64,000 nucleotides of DNA from an uncultured Verrucomicrobiae bacterium (GCA_963735805.1 CAVTMK010000004.1:608001-672000); one strand, 5' to 3'. Shown: positions 1-10,052, counted from the first letter of the stretch. A program made the numbers and translations. Notes: generated from the sequence alone by a model not told the origin.

Positions 1-214
1 CACCGAGATGCCCGGTGTTGTCGTAAGAATTTCCCGACCACTTAAAGCCGTCATCCGGCACTTCGTTCCATTCTTTGCACGCGACCTCGCACGCTTTGCA
101 ACCGATGCACACAGTCGGATCGGTAAAGAAGCCGACTTCGACGTTTTCCTGCACGTAATTGTGCCGGCGCTGGTTCGTGCTGTGTGTTCCTTCTCCGATC
201 ATAAGATCTGGCAT
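1..214 (-). CDS. Formate dehydrogenase beta (4Fe-4S) subunit, FdnH/FdoH-like, N-terminal part (runs off window)
   Basis: Not in ORF track. Manual translation from ATG 214: [56 protein letters not shown]..., with a CxxCxxCxxxC ferredoxin motif followed by KEWN typical of FDH beta. Directly downstream of FDH alpha. Alternative start at 202. Confidence 0.9.
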   Translation of the reverse strand, partial: MPDLMIGEGTHSTNQRRHNYVQENVEVGFFTDPTVCIGCKACEVACKEWNEVPDDGFKWSGNSYDNTGHLG

Positions 215-259
215 GGACAGAACGCCGCTTCATGTGGGACTTGGATCGTCTCACGCTTT

Positions 260-286
260 CGGCGTGCCCTGAGGCCGCGCCCTACC
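260..286 (-). repeat. GTAG-type REP-like palindrome between fdh alpha and beta
   Basis: Minus strand reads GGTAGGGCGCGGCCTCAGGGCACGCCG. Its terminal 12-mer (CCGCGCCCTACC on +) is identical to 9169-9180. Confidence 0.55.
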
Positions 287-299
287 ATTCCTGGCATGC

Positions 300-3200
300 T
301 CATTCTTTCCCTTCCATTGCGAGGCCGCCTCCGGTTGTACCTGCGCCGGGCGGCGGTTCCTCGGGGTGTAGAACGAGCGGGCCTGTTTGTTGAGCGTGTT
401 TGTTCAGGAACTCGGCGAACGCGCGTCCACGCGGCAGACGCCCAGGCACAATGTTGCAGGTGCAAGCTTTGGCTTCCATGATCGTGACATTTGGTTCGCC
501 AGAGATCGGGAGAAGATCATTGGCCGCGGCGCCGCGCACGAGACCGGCTGTTCCATAATGATAAGGCAACGCGACCTGGTGCACTGTTTTGCCATTGAGC
601 TGCAATGGTCTAATACGCCGACTGACGAGTGCGCGCGCTTCGATCGCTGCACGTAACGAGACAATACAAACGTGATCGCCGTTACGGATCTTAAGCTCGT
701 GTGCGAGCTCCGGCGAAATTTCAGCGAACATCTCCGGCTGTAATTCCGCGAGATGGCTGAGAAAACGCGACATCCCGCCCGCGGTATGATGCTCGGTTAG
801 GCGATATGTGGTCAGCACGAATGGAAATCTCGAATCGCCTGGGGGCGCGAACCGATTCTCACGACGCGGAAACCAATGCTCCGGCGGATTGGTGTCGCGG
901 GAATAAAGTTCATTTGAGACAGGAGACTCGAGCGGCTCGTAATGAGTCGGGAACGGGCCGTCCTTCAAACCTTTTGGCACGTAGATCCAGCCCAGCCCGT
1001 CCTCGTGCAGGATAAACGGTGCATCACCTGGAATCGCATCAAGACCTTCGGCGCCTACCTCGGGTTCGTAGTCGGGAGCTTTCCCTTGCACAAATCCGGC
1101 AACATCGATGCCGGTCCATTTTTCGGAGTCCCACCAGATCAATTTTTTCCGTTCGCTCCATGGATGGCCGTCCGGCCGCGCGCTGGCGCGATTATAAATG
1201 ATTCGGCGATCGCTAGGCCAACTGAAGCCCCAGCCGTGACCGAGATAATCTCGTGATTTCCGCGAGTTCGCCTTGTTCAAACCATCGCGACCAAACACCC
1301 CGGAGTAAATCCAGGCGCCGCATGCAGTGGATCCGTCAGCTTTCAATTCGGCGAAGCCATTGACCTGTGGGCCGTGATGCGGATTGCCATCGCGGTCAAT
1401 ACCGCCGAAGAGAACGCCCTCGCTCGCGCCGTGTTCAGCGACGGCGGCTACAGGGTTCGTATACCAGCCGTTGATCTCTGCCAGCACGGCTTCCATTTTC
1501 GGATCGCCGAGCTCATCTTCCGGATACCACCAATCAAGGGCCCGCAACGGTTCATCGAGCGGGTCGCCTGATTGTTTCGCTTTGGCGATCAGACGCAACG
1601 CGAGTTGATGCATAAACCATGCATCCGAACGCGCGTCGCCGGGAGGGTCCACCGCTTTTTCGCGCCACTGCAAAAGTCGCTGCGTGTTCGTGAAGGCGCC
1701 TTCCTTCTCGGCGTGACCGGCCGCGGGAAAGAAGAAAATTTCAGTCTCAATCTCCTCAGGCTTCAACTCGCCCCGCTCGATTTCGGGCGACTCACTCCAG
1801 AAATTTGCGGATTCGACTTCGACCATGTCCCTTACAACCAGCCATCTCAATTTTGTGAGAGCCTTGCGTTGAAGCCGCGCATTGGGCGCGCCCACTGCCG
1901 GATTTTGACCCATGATAAACATGCCTTCCATTTTTCCATCGAGCATGTCGTAGAGATATTCGAAAAAGGAATGGTTGCCGGTGAGTTTGGGCAGCCAGGC
2001 GTAACCGAAATCATTTTCAGCAGTTGCGTTTTTCCCATAGTAAGCCTTGAGGATGCTGACGAGGTATTTTGGGTAATTCGACCAGAGACCGGTTTTCTTG
2101 GTGTAGCGATCCAGGTAATGCTGAAGAGTCTCATCTCCTTTACGCGGCATCGTGAGATAACCGGGGAGAATGTCGTAGAGCGTGGGAATATCAGTCGAAC
2201 CCTGGATTGATGCATGACCGCGCAACGCGAGAATTCCGCCACCGGGCCGGCCAATGTTTCCAAGCAGCAACTGTAGGATGGCTGCCGCGCGAATGATCTG
2301 AACGCCCTTGGAATGCTGTGTCCAGCCAAGCGCGTAACAGATCGCTGCTGTACGCTCCGGGCCAGATGCAGCAGCGAGCATGTGCGCCACCTTGTGAAAA
2401 ATATCCGGCGAAATGCCACAGATTTTCTCTACCATCTCCGGCGTGTAACGAGAGAAATGACGCTTTAATTTTTGAAAAACACATTGCGGATCTTGCAACG
2501 TAAGATCGCGCAGTGGCCGACTCAGGTCCCCGCCTTTGTAAACCCAACTGTCACCTTCATAGGCGCGTTTGTCTTCGTTCCATCCGGAGAAATAGCCATC
2601 GCCGTTGTCTTCCGGATCGCGGTATTCGTCAGACAAAATGCAAGACGCATTGGTGTAATGAACGACGTACTCATGAAAGTAGAGGTTGTGTTCAACCAAA
2701 TGCCTGATGAGTCCGCCGAGAAACACGATATCTGTGCCCGCACGGATTGGCACCCAAATGTCCGCCAGCGCGCTCGTCCGCGAGAAGCGTGGATCCACAT
2801 GAATGATTGCGGCGCCCCGCTCCTTGGCCTTCATAACCCAGCGAAAACCGACCGGGTGCGCCTCGGCCATGGATGAGCCCTCGATTAAGATGCAATCGGC
2901 GTTGGCCAGATCTTGCTGTGCGGTCGTAGCTCCGCCCCGGCCAAAGGAGGTGCCCAGACCGGGCACCGTGCTGCTATGTCATATCCGGGCCTGGTTGGAC
3001 ACACAGACCATGCCCAGGCCTCCTGTGAACAGCTTTTTAATCAGATAATTTTCTTCGTTGTCGAGCGTGGCGCCGCCGAGGTGGCAAATGGCAGTAGTGT
3101 GATTGACGGCTGATCCATCAATCTGCCTGACGAATGTGCGTTTGCGTGATTCCCAGACGCGTTCGGCCACCATGTCCATCGCGCGATCAACGGACATTTC

Positions 3201-3548
3201 AGTCCATTCCTTCGAGCGCGGTGCGCGATACTTCAGTTTTGTTTCGCGGCGGGAATGCGTAAGCAATTGGTAAGAAGCTGCGCCCTTCGGACAGAGGTTT
3301 CCCTGACTGATCGGCGACTCCGCGTCGCCTTCGATGGAAATCAGTTTCCCATCCTTGTGATAAATCACCTGTCCGCATCCGACACCGCAATACGGGCAAA
3401 TGGAGCGCGCGACCTTTGCGTCATCGATGCGCGCGTGCATCGAACGCGTCTTCTCCGACATCGACTCGAGGCCAGTGCCGTCCTTGCGCTCGCGGATTTG
3501 CCTAACAAGCGGCCATTTTGAGAAGAGGGAAGCCATCCACATCCGCAT
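300..3548 (-). CDS. Selenocysteine-containing Mo/W-bisPGD formate dehydrogenase alpha subunit (about 1080 aa; in-frame UGA at 2979-2981)
   Basis: ORFs 2979..3548 and 300..2966 are in the same frame, joined by TGA in NQARI-U-HSSTVPGLGTSFGRGG (E. coli FdnG has NQARV-U-HGPTV). N-terminal CPYCGVGC...C 4Fe-4S motif, ALRGHASIQG active-site Arg region, C-terminal TYRLTEHH molybdopterin-binding domain. Start may be 3536. Confidence 0.95.
2949..2967 (-). promoter_or_regulatory. Bacterial SECIS element
   Basis: mRNA reads UGA-CAUAGCAGCAC(11 nt)-GGUGCCC-GGUCU-GGGCACC: perfect 7-bp stem, loop GGUCU like the E. coli fdhF SECIS, 11-nt spacing from UGA. Confidence 0.9.
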
Positions 3549-3609
3549 CGATTAAATGATGAGACTCGGATGCTCGAAAGTCGAGTCTACTCGGTCTATT
3601 CCGCGAAAA

Positions 3610-4668
3610 TCAACAGATTCGGGGGAGTTGCTCACCCGAGAGCATGTCAACCACCCGGGTGCCGCCGACACGCGTTTTCATCATCACGAATCCGGGATGT
3701 TCGTTTACGACCTTGCCGATGACTGCGGCGTCTTTGCCTAATGGCTGGGCGCGCAGAGTCTTCAAAGTAAAATCGACATCCTGCGGTGCAACGATCGCCA
3801 GCAATTTGCCTTCGTTCGCCACATAAAGCGGATCCAGTCCGAGAATTTCGCACGCGCCTTTTACTTCTTCGTCTATCGGGATCGATGCTTCATCGAGGAG
3901 CATGCCGACTTTTGCCGTCTGCGCGATCTCGCTGAGTGCGCTGGTTACGCCGCCACGAGTTGGATCACGCAGAACGTGTACATCGATCCCGTTGGCAAGA
4001 ATCGCAGCGACGAGCTCATGCAATGGAGCGCTGTCGCTTGCAATCTCGGTTTCGAACTCCAATCCCTCGCGCACCGACATGATAGCGATGCCGTGCACGG
4101 CGATCGGTCCGCTGACAATGATCTTATCGCCACCGGTTGCGCGTCCCGGATGAATGTTTGCCTCGTTCGGGACGACACCAATGCCGGAAGTGTTGATGAA
4201 AATTTTGTCGGCTTTGCCACGGTCAACCACCTTTGTGTCGCCGGTGACGAGCTTCACACCTGCGGAATCGGCAGCAGCATGCATCGATTGGACGACGCGC
4301 CAGAAATCTTCCATCGGCAGACCTTCTTCCAGGATAAAGCTGGCCGAGAGATAAAGCGGGCGCGCTCCGCACATCGCGAGATCGTTCACCGTCCCGTGAA
4401 CAGCAAGTTTTCCGATATCGCCTCCGGGAAAAAAGATGGGACTGACCACGAACGAATCGGTGCTGAACGCCACACGTTCACCGTTCAACGAAAAAATTGC
4501 GCCGTCGTGAAGTGGCTCGAGCAGTTCGTTGCGAAACTGTGGCAACACCATCTTTTCGATCAATTGGTGACTCAGCTTTCCGCCGCTGCCGTGAGCGAGG
4601 ACAATCTCCTTATAATTGGTGATCGGCAGAGGACAGGAAGCGCCGAGAAGGGAGGCGTCGTCCATCAC
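3610..4668 (-). CDS. hypE: Hydrogenase maturation carbamoyl dehydratase HypE
   Basis: LAHGSGG, DSFVVSPIFFPGGDIG, TGDTKVV, RDPTRGG and C-terminal PRIC. Start GTG 4668 or ATG 4665. Confidence 0.97.
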   Translation of the reverse strand: MMDDASLLGASCPLPITNYKEIVLAHGSGGKLSHQLIEKMVLPQFRNELLEPLHDGAIFSLNGERVAFSTDSFVVSPIFFPGGDIGKLAVHGTVNDLAMCGARPLYLSASFILEEGLPMEDFWRVVQSMHAAADSAGVKLVTGDTKVVDRGKADKIFINTSGIGVVPNEANIHPGRATGGDKIIVSGPIAVHGIAIMSVREGLEFETEIASDSAPLHELVAAILANGIDVHVLRDPTRGGVTSALSEIAQTAKVGMLLDEASIPIDEEVKGACEILGLDPLYVANEGKLLAIVAPQDVDFTLKTLRAQPLGKDAAVIGKVVNEHPGFVMMKTRVGGTRVVDMLSGEQLPRIC

Positions 4669-5295
4669 TCAAATGACATCTTCGGCGCCGAGCGCGATGT
4701 GGATCAAATCCCAAAGTACGTGCACCAGCGTGGCATGCACTTCCTGGATCCGGTGGATGCTGTACGACGGCACGATGAAACAGTAATCCGCGATCTCGGG
4801 GAAACGACCACCGTCTTTTCCGCCCCAAGCGATGGTGAGCATTTGTTTTTTGCGCGCTTCTTCCAGTGCATAGATCAGGTTTGGGGATTTGCCGCTGGTA
4901 CTAACCGCAAGCGCCATGTCCCCCTGTTGACCGAGCAAACGCAATTGATTGACGAAGACCCGGGAAAAATCGATGTCGTTGCCTACCGCAGTCATCGTGG
5001 CTGTATCATGCACCAGTGAGATCACTGGAAATGCCACGCGCTTTTCTATTATGGGATGCGTGAACTCGACGGCAAAATGCACCGCATCGCACAGACTACC
5101 GCCGTTCCCCATGGTCAGAAGTTTCTTTCCATCGACGAAACGTTTGGCCATGTCGCGGCTCAGTCGTTCGATGTCGTCGGCATATTTCTCAAAAAACTTC
5201 TCCTTCATATCCACGCTCTCGCCGCATTTGCGCAGGATCTTTTCGCGGAAGCTTTCGTTAAGCTTGTCGATCTTATTTTCGACAGCCGTCGTCAT
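4669..5295 (-). CDS. gmhA: SIS-domain phosphoheptose isomerase (GmhA-like)
   Basis: GNGGS, ND...F..Q, STSGKS and RIQEVH motifs. ATG 5295 overlaps the hypD stop (ATGA). Confidence 0.88.
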   Translation of the reverse strand: MTTAVENKIDKLNESFREKILRKCGESVDMKEKFFEKYADDIERLSRDMAKRFVDGKKLLTMGNGGSLCDAVHFAVEFTHPIIEKRVAFPVISLVHDTATMTAVGNDIDFSRVFVNQLRLLGQQGDMALAVSTSGKSPNLIYALEEARKKQMLTIAWGGKDGGRFPEIADYCFIVPSYSIHRIQEVHATLVHVLWDLIHIALGAEDVI

Positions 5296-6410
5296 GGTGC
5301 AGCGACCGCAGCTTCCGTTTTCTCCAAATGTCGGCCGTAAGCGTAATACGCGGCGCATGCGCCTTCTGCGGAAACCATGGTCGCGCCCAGCGGATGCTCG
5401 GGGTTGCACTGCTTTCCAAACGCCGGACAGTCATGCGGCTTCTTCACGCCTTTGAGCACGAGCCCGCTGATGCAGATCTCCGGTTCCTGTGTATCGATCT
5501 CCTTGGTCTCAAAGATTCGGTCTGCATCGTGCTCGCGAAATTCGTAACGCAATTTGTAACCGCTCTTGGGGATCGAACCGACGCCACGCCATTTGCGGTC
5601 GCATACTTCGAACACTTCATTCACCAGATTCTGCGCGACACGGTTGCCTTCTTTTTGAACGACCCGCGGATATTGGTTTTCCACGTCGTAAGTTCCGGCC
5701 TCGAGCTGGCGCACAGTCATCAGAACTCCCTGCAGGATGTCGAGCGGTTCAAAGCCGGTGATCACGATTGGCACTTTGAATCGCGCAGCAATCGGCTCGT
5801 ATTCACGGTAACCCATTACCGTACAAACGTGACCCGGCCCTAGAAATCCCTGCACTCGATTGAGCGGCGATTGGAGAATGGATGCAATCGAGGGCGGAAC
5901 GAGTACGTGTGAAACAAGAATTGAAAAATTCTCAATACCCTGTTTCTGCGCCTGAAAAACCGACATTGCGTTGGCGGGCGCGGTCGTTTCGAACCCGATT
6001 GCAAAGAAAACGACTTTCTTTTCCGGATTTGCGCGGGCGATCTTTAAACAATCGATCGGCGAATACACCACGCGGATATCGGCGCCACGTGATTTCAGGA
6101 TCAATAGATCATCTTTTGAGCCGGGGACGCGGAGCATGTCCCCGAATGAGCAGAAAATCACATCCGGTCGCTGGGCGATGGCATGCGCTTTATCGATCAT
6201 CTCGAGAGACGTGACGCAAACCGGACAGCCGGGTCCGTGCACGAGCTCGATTTTATCCGGCAACAAACGGTCGATCCCATACTTGACGATGGTGTGCGTC
6301 TGTCCGCCGCAGACCTCCATCAAGACCCATGGCTTGGTGGCTATGCGACGAAGTTCGTCGACAATCTTTGTCGCCAGCGCTTCGTCGCGATATTCGTCCA
6401 GAAATTTCAT
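5292..6410 (-). CDS. hypD: Hydrogenase maturation protein HypD
   Basis: [27 protein letters not shown] and C-terminal Cys cluster (CISG, CPAF, C, EGACAAY). ATG 6410 overlaps the hypC stop. Confidence 0.97.
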   Translation of the reverse strand: MKFLDEYRDEALATKIVDELRRIATKPWVLMEVCGGQTHTIVKYGIDRLLPDKIELVHGPGCPVCVTSLEMIDKAHAIAQRPDVIFCSFGDMLRVPGSKDDLLILKSRGADIRVVYSPIDCLKIARANPEKKVVFFAIGFETTAPANAMSVFQAQKQGIENFSILVSHVLVPPSIASILQSPLNRVQGFLGPGHVCTVMGYREYEPIAARFKVPIVITGFEPLDILQGVLMTVRQLEAGTYDVENQYPRVVQKEGNRVAQNLVNEVFEVCDRKWRGVGSIPKSGYKLRYEFREHDADRIFETKEIDTQEPEICISGLVLKGVKKPHDCPAFGKQCNPEHPLGATMVSAEGACAAYYAYGRHLEKTEAAVAAP

Positions 6411-6697
6411 GAGGAGTTGCCCGCTTCCGCGGTCGGCCACGGATCTACTTCTGGTGTATCGAGTTCGCCGAGTTGTTTCATTTCTTCGAGAAGTTTGTAG
6501 GTCCGCGCAGCTTCTTCCTCGTTCACTTTGCTGAGGGCGAAACCGACGTGCACCAGGACGTAGTCGCCGGTTTGAACTTCCGGTGTGTATTCGAGACAGA
6601 CTTGCTTAACAATTCCGCCGAAGTTCGCCTTGCCCATGCGAACGCCGTTCGAATCGTTGGCTATCTCGATCAATTTACCTGGAATCGCGAGACACAT
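6407..6697 (-). CDS. hypC: Hydrogenase chaperone HypC
   Basis: MCLAIPG N-terminus (Cys2) and [11 protein letters not shown]. Confidence 0.96.
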   Translation of the reverse strand: MCLAIPGKLIEIANDSNGVRMGKANFGGIVKQVCLEYTPEVQTGDYVLVHVGFALSKVNEEEAARTYKLLEEMKQLGELDTPEVDPWPTAEAGNSS

Positions 6698-6893
6698 GGT
6701 TTTTGTTCGCCGCAACTGCGTCGGTCACCTTGCCGATCGCGACGCCGTCGCACAGAAGTACCCTATCACCACAACGAGGATTGGTCAGCAGGTCGAGTGG
6801 AACATTCTTTATCGCACCGGCGACGCGGATCCTGCCCATTTTCATTCCGCCTTCCATGGTAAAACCGACAATTTCGCCGTACACCAACGTCAT
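6675..6893 (-). CDS. Degenerate HypC/HupF-like small protein (72 aa)
   Basis: Aligns by eye with the adjacent HypC (GEIV..., GDRVLLCDGVAIGKV vs [15 protein letters not shown]). Lacks Cys2 and the conserved His. In-operon position. Confidence 0.7.
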   Translation of the reverse strand: MTLVYGEIVGFTMEGGMKMGRIRVAGAIKNVPLDLLTNPRCGDRVLLCDGVAIGKVTDAVAANKNHVSRDSR

Positions 6894-6896
6894 AAG

Positions 6897-7724
6897 TCAT
6901 TTCAATTTCGATTCCGCTTCAAAGAACTCCGCGTGCGCGCCGACAGCGACGAGGGCGACTCCGCCAATCACATTTCCAATCAACGTCGGTACGAGATAAG
7001 ACGCAACGCAATTCAGGAATGAAAGTTCGCCGGAGGCGACCAGATAGAACGTTTCCACACCCCCCGCGATCACATGCGGCAATTGGGCCAGGCCGATCAA
7101 ATAGGCGAGAATTATAATCACCCACACGCGTGCTGCTTCCGCGAACGGCAGCAACCAAACCATCAACGCGATGAGCCAGCCCGCGACAATTCCTCGCCAT
7201 AACAGGGTAGCAAAGTCAGGGTGGATCGCAGCGCGCCCAATTTTGAGGAATACTGTGCGCGCTTCAGGTGAAAAGACGTTCGAATGCCATGCCAGCCAGG
7301 CGAAAGCGAACGCGCCGAGCAAATTCATCGAAAGCACAATTGCCCAAAGCCGCGCGACGTTACCCAACATGTCGACTCTTCTCTCGCGCAGCAGCGGCAG
7401 AATCACAGTCAGTGTGTTTTTGGTGAAGAGTTGTTGGCGGCCGAGAATGACAATGAGAAAGCCAACGCTATAGCCAAAATTTGTTAGAAGCGGCGACCAG
7501 CCGGTTTCAGGAAGATGCATCCGTAAAAGCCCTTCGCCCACCATGGAAAAACCCATCGAAAGTCCGGCAGCCAACCCCGACAGCGCAAGCTCAGCGGTAC
7601 CACGGCGAAGCTCGTGCTCGCCTTCGGCGTAAACCGCTTCGTAAACGACTTCGCCCGGCGGGGCGGTTCGGTCGATGATCTCGTCTTCCTGTTTTTCACG
7701 AACTTTTTTTCGGTCGACGGTCAT
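6897..7724 (-). CDS. Formate/nitrite transporter (FNT) family protein, YfdC-like
   Basis: About 6 TM segments; GRQQLFTKNT, AGWLIALMVW, HVIAG and GNVIGG motifs. Confidence 0.88.
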   Translation of the reverse strand: MTVDRKKVREKQEDEIIDRTAPPGEVVYEAVYAEGEHELRRGTAELALSGLAAGLSMGFSMVGEGLLRMHLPETGWSPLLTNFGYSVGFLIVILGRQQLFTKNTLTVILPLLRERRVDMLGNVARLWAIVLSMNLLGAFAFAWLAWHSNVFSPEARTVFLKIGRAAIHPDFATLLWRGIVAGWLIALMVWLLPFAEAARVWVIIILAYLIGLAQLPHVIAGGVETFYLVASGELSFLNCVASYLVPTLIGNVIGGVALVAVGAHAEFFEAESKLK

Positions 7725-7730
7725 GACGAT

Positions 7731-10037
7731 CTATGATTTGCAGTGCGCGGCGGCCGCTTGTCCGAAAGCGATGCTGCCATCATTAGGCGGAAGACGCTGA
7801 TGCCAGTACGGCTGGAATTTTTCCTCCCGTAAACGGTCGACCAAGTATTCGGTCAGGTAGCGATTTTGAAAGCAGCCGCCGCCGAGAACGATTTTTTGGC
7901 TCCCGATTTTTTTGGCGACGGCAACGGCGGCCTCAATCAGACCGTTGTGAAACTTGGCCGAAACGAGGCCGGCACCTACGCATCCGGTAACATCCTCAAG
8001 GAGTTCCCGAATGGCGGGTTCCCAATCCACCACGATTGGCGCTGTAGCTGTCACCACAAATGAATACGCATCCGCGACACCGCTCTGGCGTGTGAATTCC
8101 AGGTCCATTGCGGCTTGTCCTTCGAAACTGGAGGTCTGCCGCAGTCCCACCAGCGCCGCTACAGCATCGAACAATCGACCAACGCTCGACGTAAGTGGCG
8201 CGTTGATCTGTTTTTCCAACATTTGCCGAAGCAGAGACTTCTCTTGTTCGGAAAGACCGGCCACTAACTGTGGGAAATCCCATGCGCGATCGCTGAAGAT
8301 CTCGTAAAGCAGTCCCAGAGCGCTGCGACGCGGCTCCTTAATCGCGCGATCGCCGCCGGGTAACCGAAATTGTCTGAAATGCGCGACGCGTTCGAAAGAT
8401 CCATCCTCTTTGACGAGTAAGAATTCGCCGCCCCAAATCGTTCCGTCCAGGCCGTAGCCGGTGCCGTCCCATGCTACGCCGAGCGCGGGCGGTTCAATCT
8501 CATTTTCTGCCATGCACGCGACGACGTGCGCCAAATGGTGTTGGATGGGCGTGCTAGACAATCCAAGCTGCGCCGCGAATTTCGTCGAAAGATAATCCGG
8601 ATGCATATCACAGGCGACGATATCGATTCTGGCCTCGTAAAGGCGTGGTAGATCCTGCGCTGAATGTTGAAACGCCAAGTACGCTTGTTTTGTTTCCAGA
8701 TCGCCGATGTGCTGGCTGATGAAAATGTTGTTATCGATTTTTAGCGCGACCGTGTTTTTCAAATGTGCGCCGACCGCAAGAACAGTTTTCGATTCTCGGT
8801 TTTCAGTTTTGGATCTAATCGCGATGGGAAGCGGTGCGTAGCCGCGAGCGCGACGCAGGACCATTTCACGATCACAAATGACGCGCACAATGGAATCATC
8901 CATGTGACGTACGATCGGACGATCGTGGACAAGAAATAGGTCCGCGAGGCCGTGCAATCTTTGCAACGCTTCGCGTTCGTCGATGCAAATTGGTTCGTCG
9001 CTCAAATTGCCGCTGGTGGCGACTATCGGGAAACTAAGTTCGCGCATCAGCAAATGATGCAATGGCGAATACGGCAGCATCACTCCGAGGTTCGGATTTC
9101 GCGGCGCGACAGCTTCAGCCAGTTGGTGGAGGCGGCTCGCCGGGACATCCGTTCGACGCGCTCGGCCACCGCGCCCTACCAACAAAACAATCGGTGACTC
9201 TGGCGAGAGCAGCAGCCTTTCCTCGAGCTCGGAGACTTCACAATCGGCTCGCACGGCGTCGAGCGAAAAATACATGAGTGCAAACGGTTTCTCTTCGCGA
9301 TGTTTCCGGTCACGCAGACGACCGACTGCCGCTCGGTTGCGCGCATCGACGATTAGTTGGAAACCACCGATGCCTTTAAGCGCCACAATCTTGCCGGAGC
9401 GAATCGCGTCGGCCGCTTTTCGCAGAGCGTCGTCCTTCTCCGAAAGCGTGCCGCCGTTTTCGTCCCACAACTGCAATTGAGGACCGCACCGGGGACAAGC
9501 ATTCGGCTGTGCGTGAAAACGGCGGTCGAGCGGATCGTGATATTCACGTTCGCAATCCGGACACATCATGAACTTTTTCATCGACGTGTTCGCCCGGTCG
9601 TACGGCAGCGCTTCTATGATTGAAAATCGCGGGCCGCAATTTGTGCAGTTGGTAAATGGATAGCGAAAACGGCGGTTGGTTGAATCGAAAACCTCGCCGA
9701 GGCAATCCACGCACGTCGCGATATCGGGGAGAATCAACGCGGACTTATCTCCGGCAGTCTCGCTTTCCCTGATCTCGAATCCGCTGTACCCAATTGCGTC
9801 AAGAAAAGATGATTCAAGACTTTGAATGATAGCACGCGGCGGTTTTTCTTTTCGGAGCCGAATCGAAAAGGCATCCAGCGCAGTGCGCGGACCTTCCAGT
9901 TCTACGAACACGCCTTGGGAGGAATTCGAAACCCAGCCGTTGAGCTTCAGTTCGGATGCGAGTCGATAAACGAATGGGCGAAAACCGACGCCCTGGACGG
10001 CGCCGCGCACGATGACCCTCAAGCGCTCGCGATTCAT
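7731..10037 (-). CDS. hypF: Carbamoyltransferase HypF
   Basis: Acylphosphatase GAVQGVGFRP, two CxxC-x-CxxC zinc fingers, KGIGGF, HHLAH, DGTGYG and PPNDG. Confidence 0.97.
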   Translation of the reverse strand: MNRERLRVIVRGAVQGVGFRPFVYRLASELKLNGWVSNSSQGVFVELEGPRTALDAFSIRLRKEKPPRAIIQSLESSFLDAIGYSGFEIRESETAGDKSALILPDIATCVDCLGEVFDSTNRRFRYPFTNCTNCGPRFSIIEALPYDRANTSMKKFMMCPDCEREYHDPLDRRFHAQPNACPRCGPQLQLWDENGGTLSEKDDALRKAADAIRSGKIVALKGIGGFQLIVDARNRAAVGRLRDRKHREEKPFALMYFSLDAVRADCEVSELEERLLLSPESPIVLLVGRGGRARRTDVPASRLHQLAEAVAPRNPNLGVMLPYSPLHHLLMRELSFPIVATSGNLSDEPICIDEREALQRLHGLADLFLVHDRPIVRHMDDSIVRVICDREMVLRRARGYAPLPIAIRSKTENRESKTVLAVGAHLKNTVALKIDNNIFISQHIGDLETKQAYLAFQHSAQDLPRLYEARIDIVACDMHPDYLSTKFAAQLGLSSTPIQHHLAHVVACMAENEIEPPALGVAWDGTGYGLDGTIWGGEFLLVKEDGSFERVAHFRQFRLPGGDRAIKEPRRSALGLLYEIFSDRAWDFPQLVAGLSEQEKSLLRQMLEKQINAPLTSSVGRLFDAVAALVGLRQTSSFEGQAAMDLEFTRQSGVADAYSFVVTATAPIVVDWEPAIRELLEDVTGCVGAGLVSAKFHNGLIEAAVAVAKKIGSQKIVLGGGCFQNRYLTEYLVDRLREEKFQPYWHQRLPPNDGSIAFGQAAAAHCKS
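9124..9180. repeat. REP-like doublet embedded in-frame in hypF
   Basis: Minus strand reads GGTAGGGCGCGG...CCGCCTCCACC, translating as GRGGRARRTDVPASRLH. Shares a terminal 12-mer with intergenic 275-286. Confidence 0.55.
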
Positions 10038-10052
10038 GGCGAGCCGTTCCGG

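Noticed and set aside
2979..3548. Separate 189-aa gene or FDH pseudogene
   Set aside because: The stop is a Sec UGA at the catalytic position with a SECIS; this is one gene.
3976..5019. 347-aa plus-strand ORF, and many similar antisense ORFs (e.g. 14128-14925, 56321-57064)
   Set aside because: Shadow ORFs opposite well-supported genes, with no recognisable motifs.
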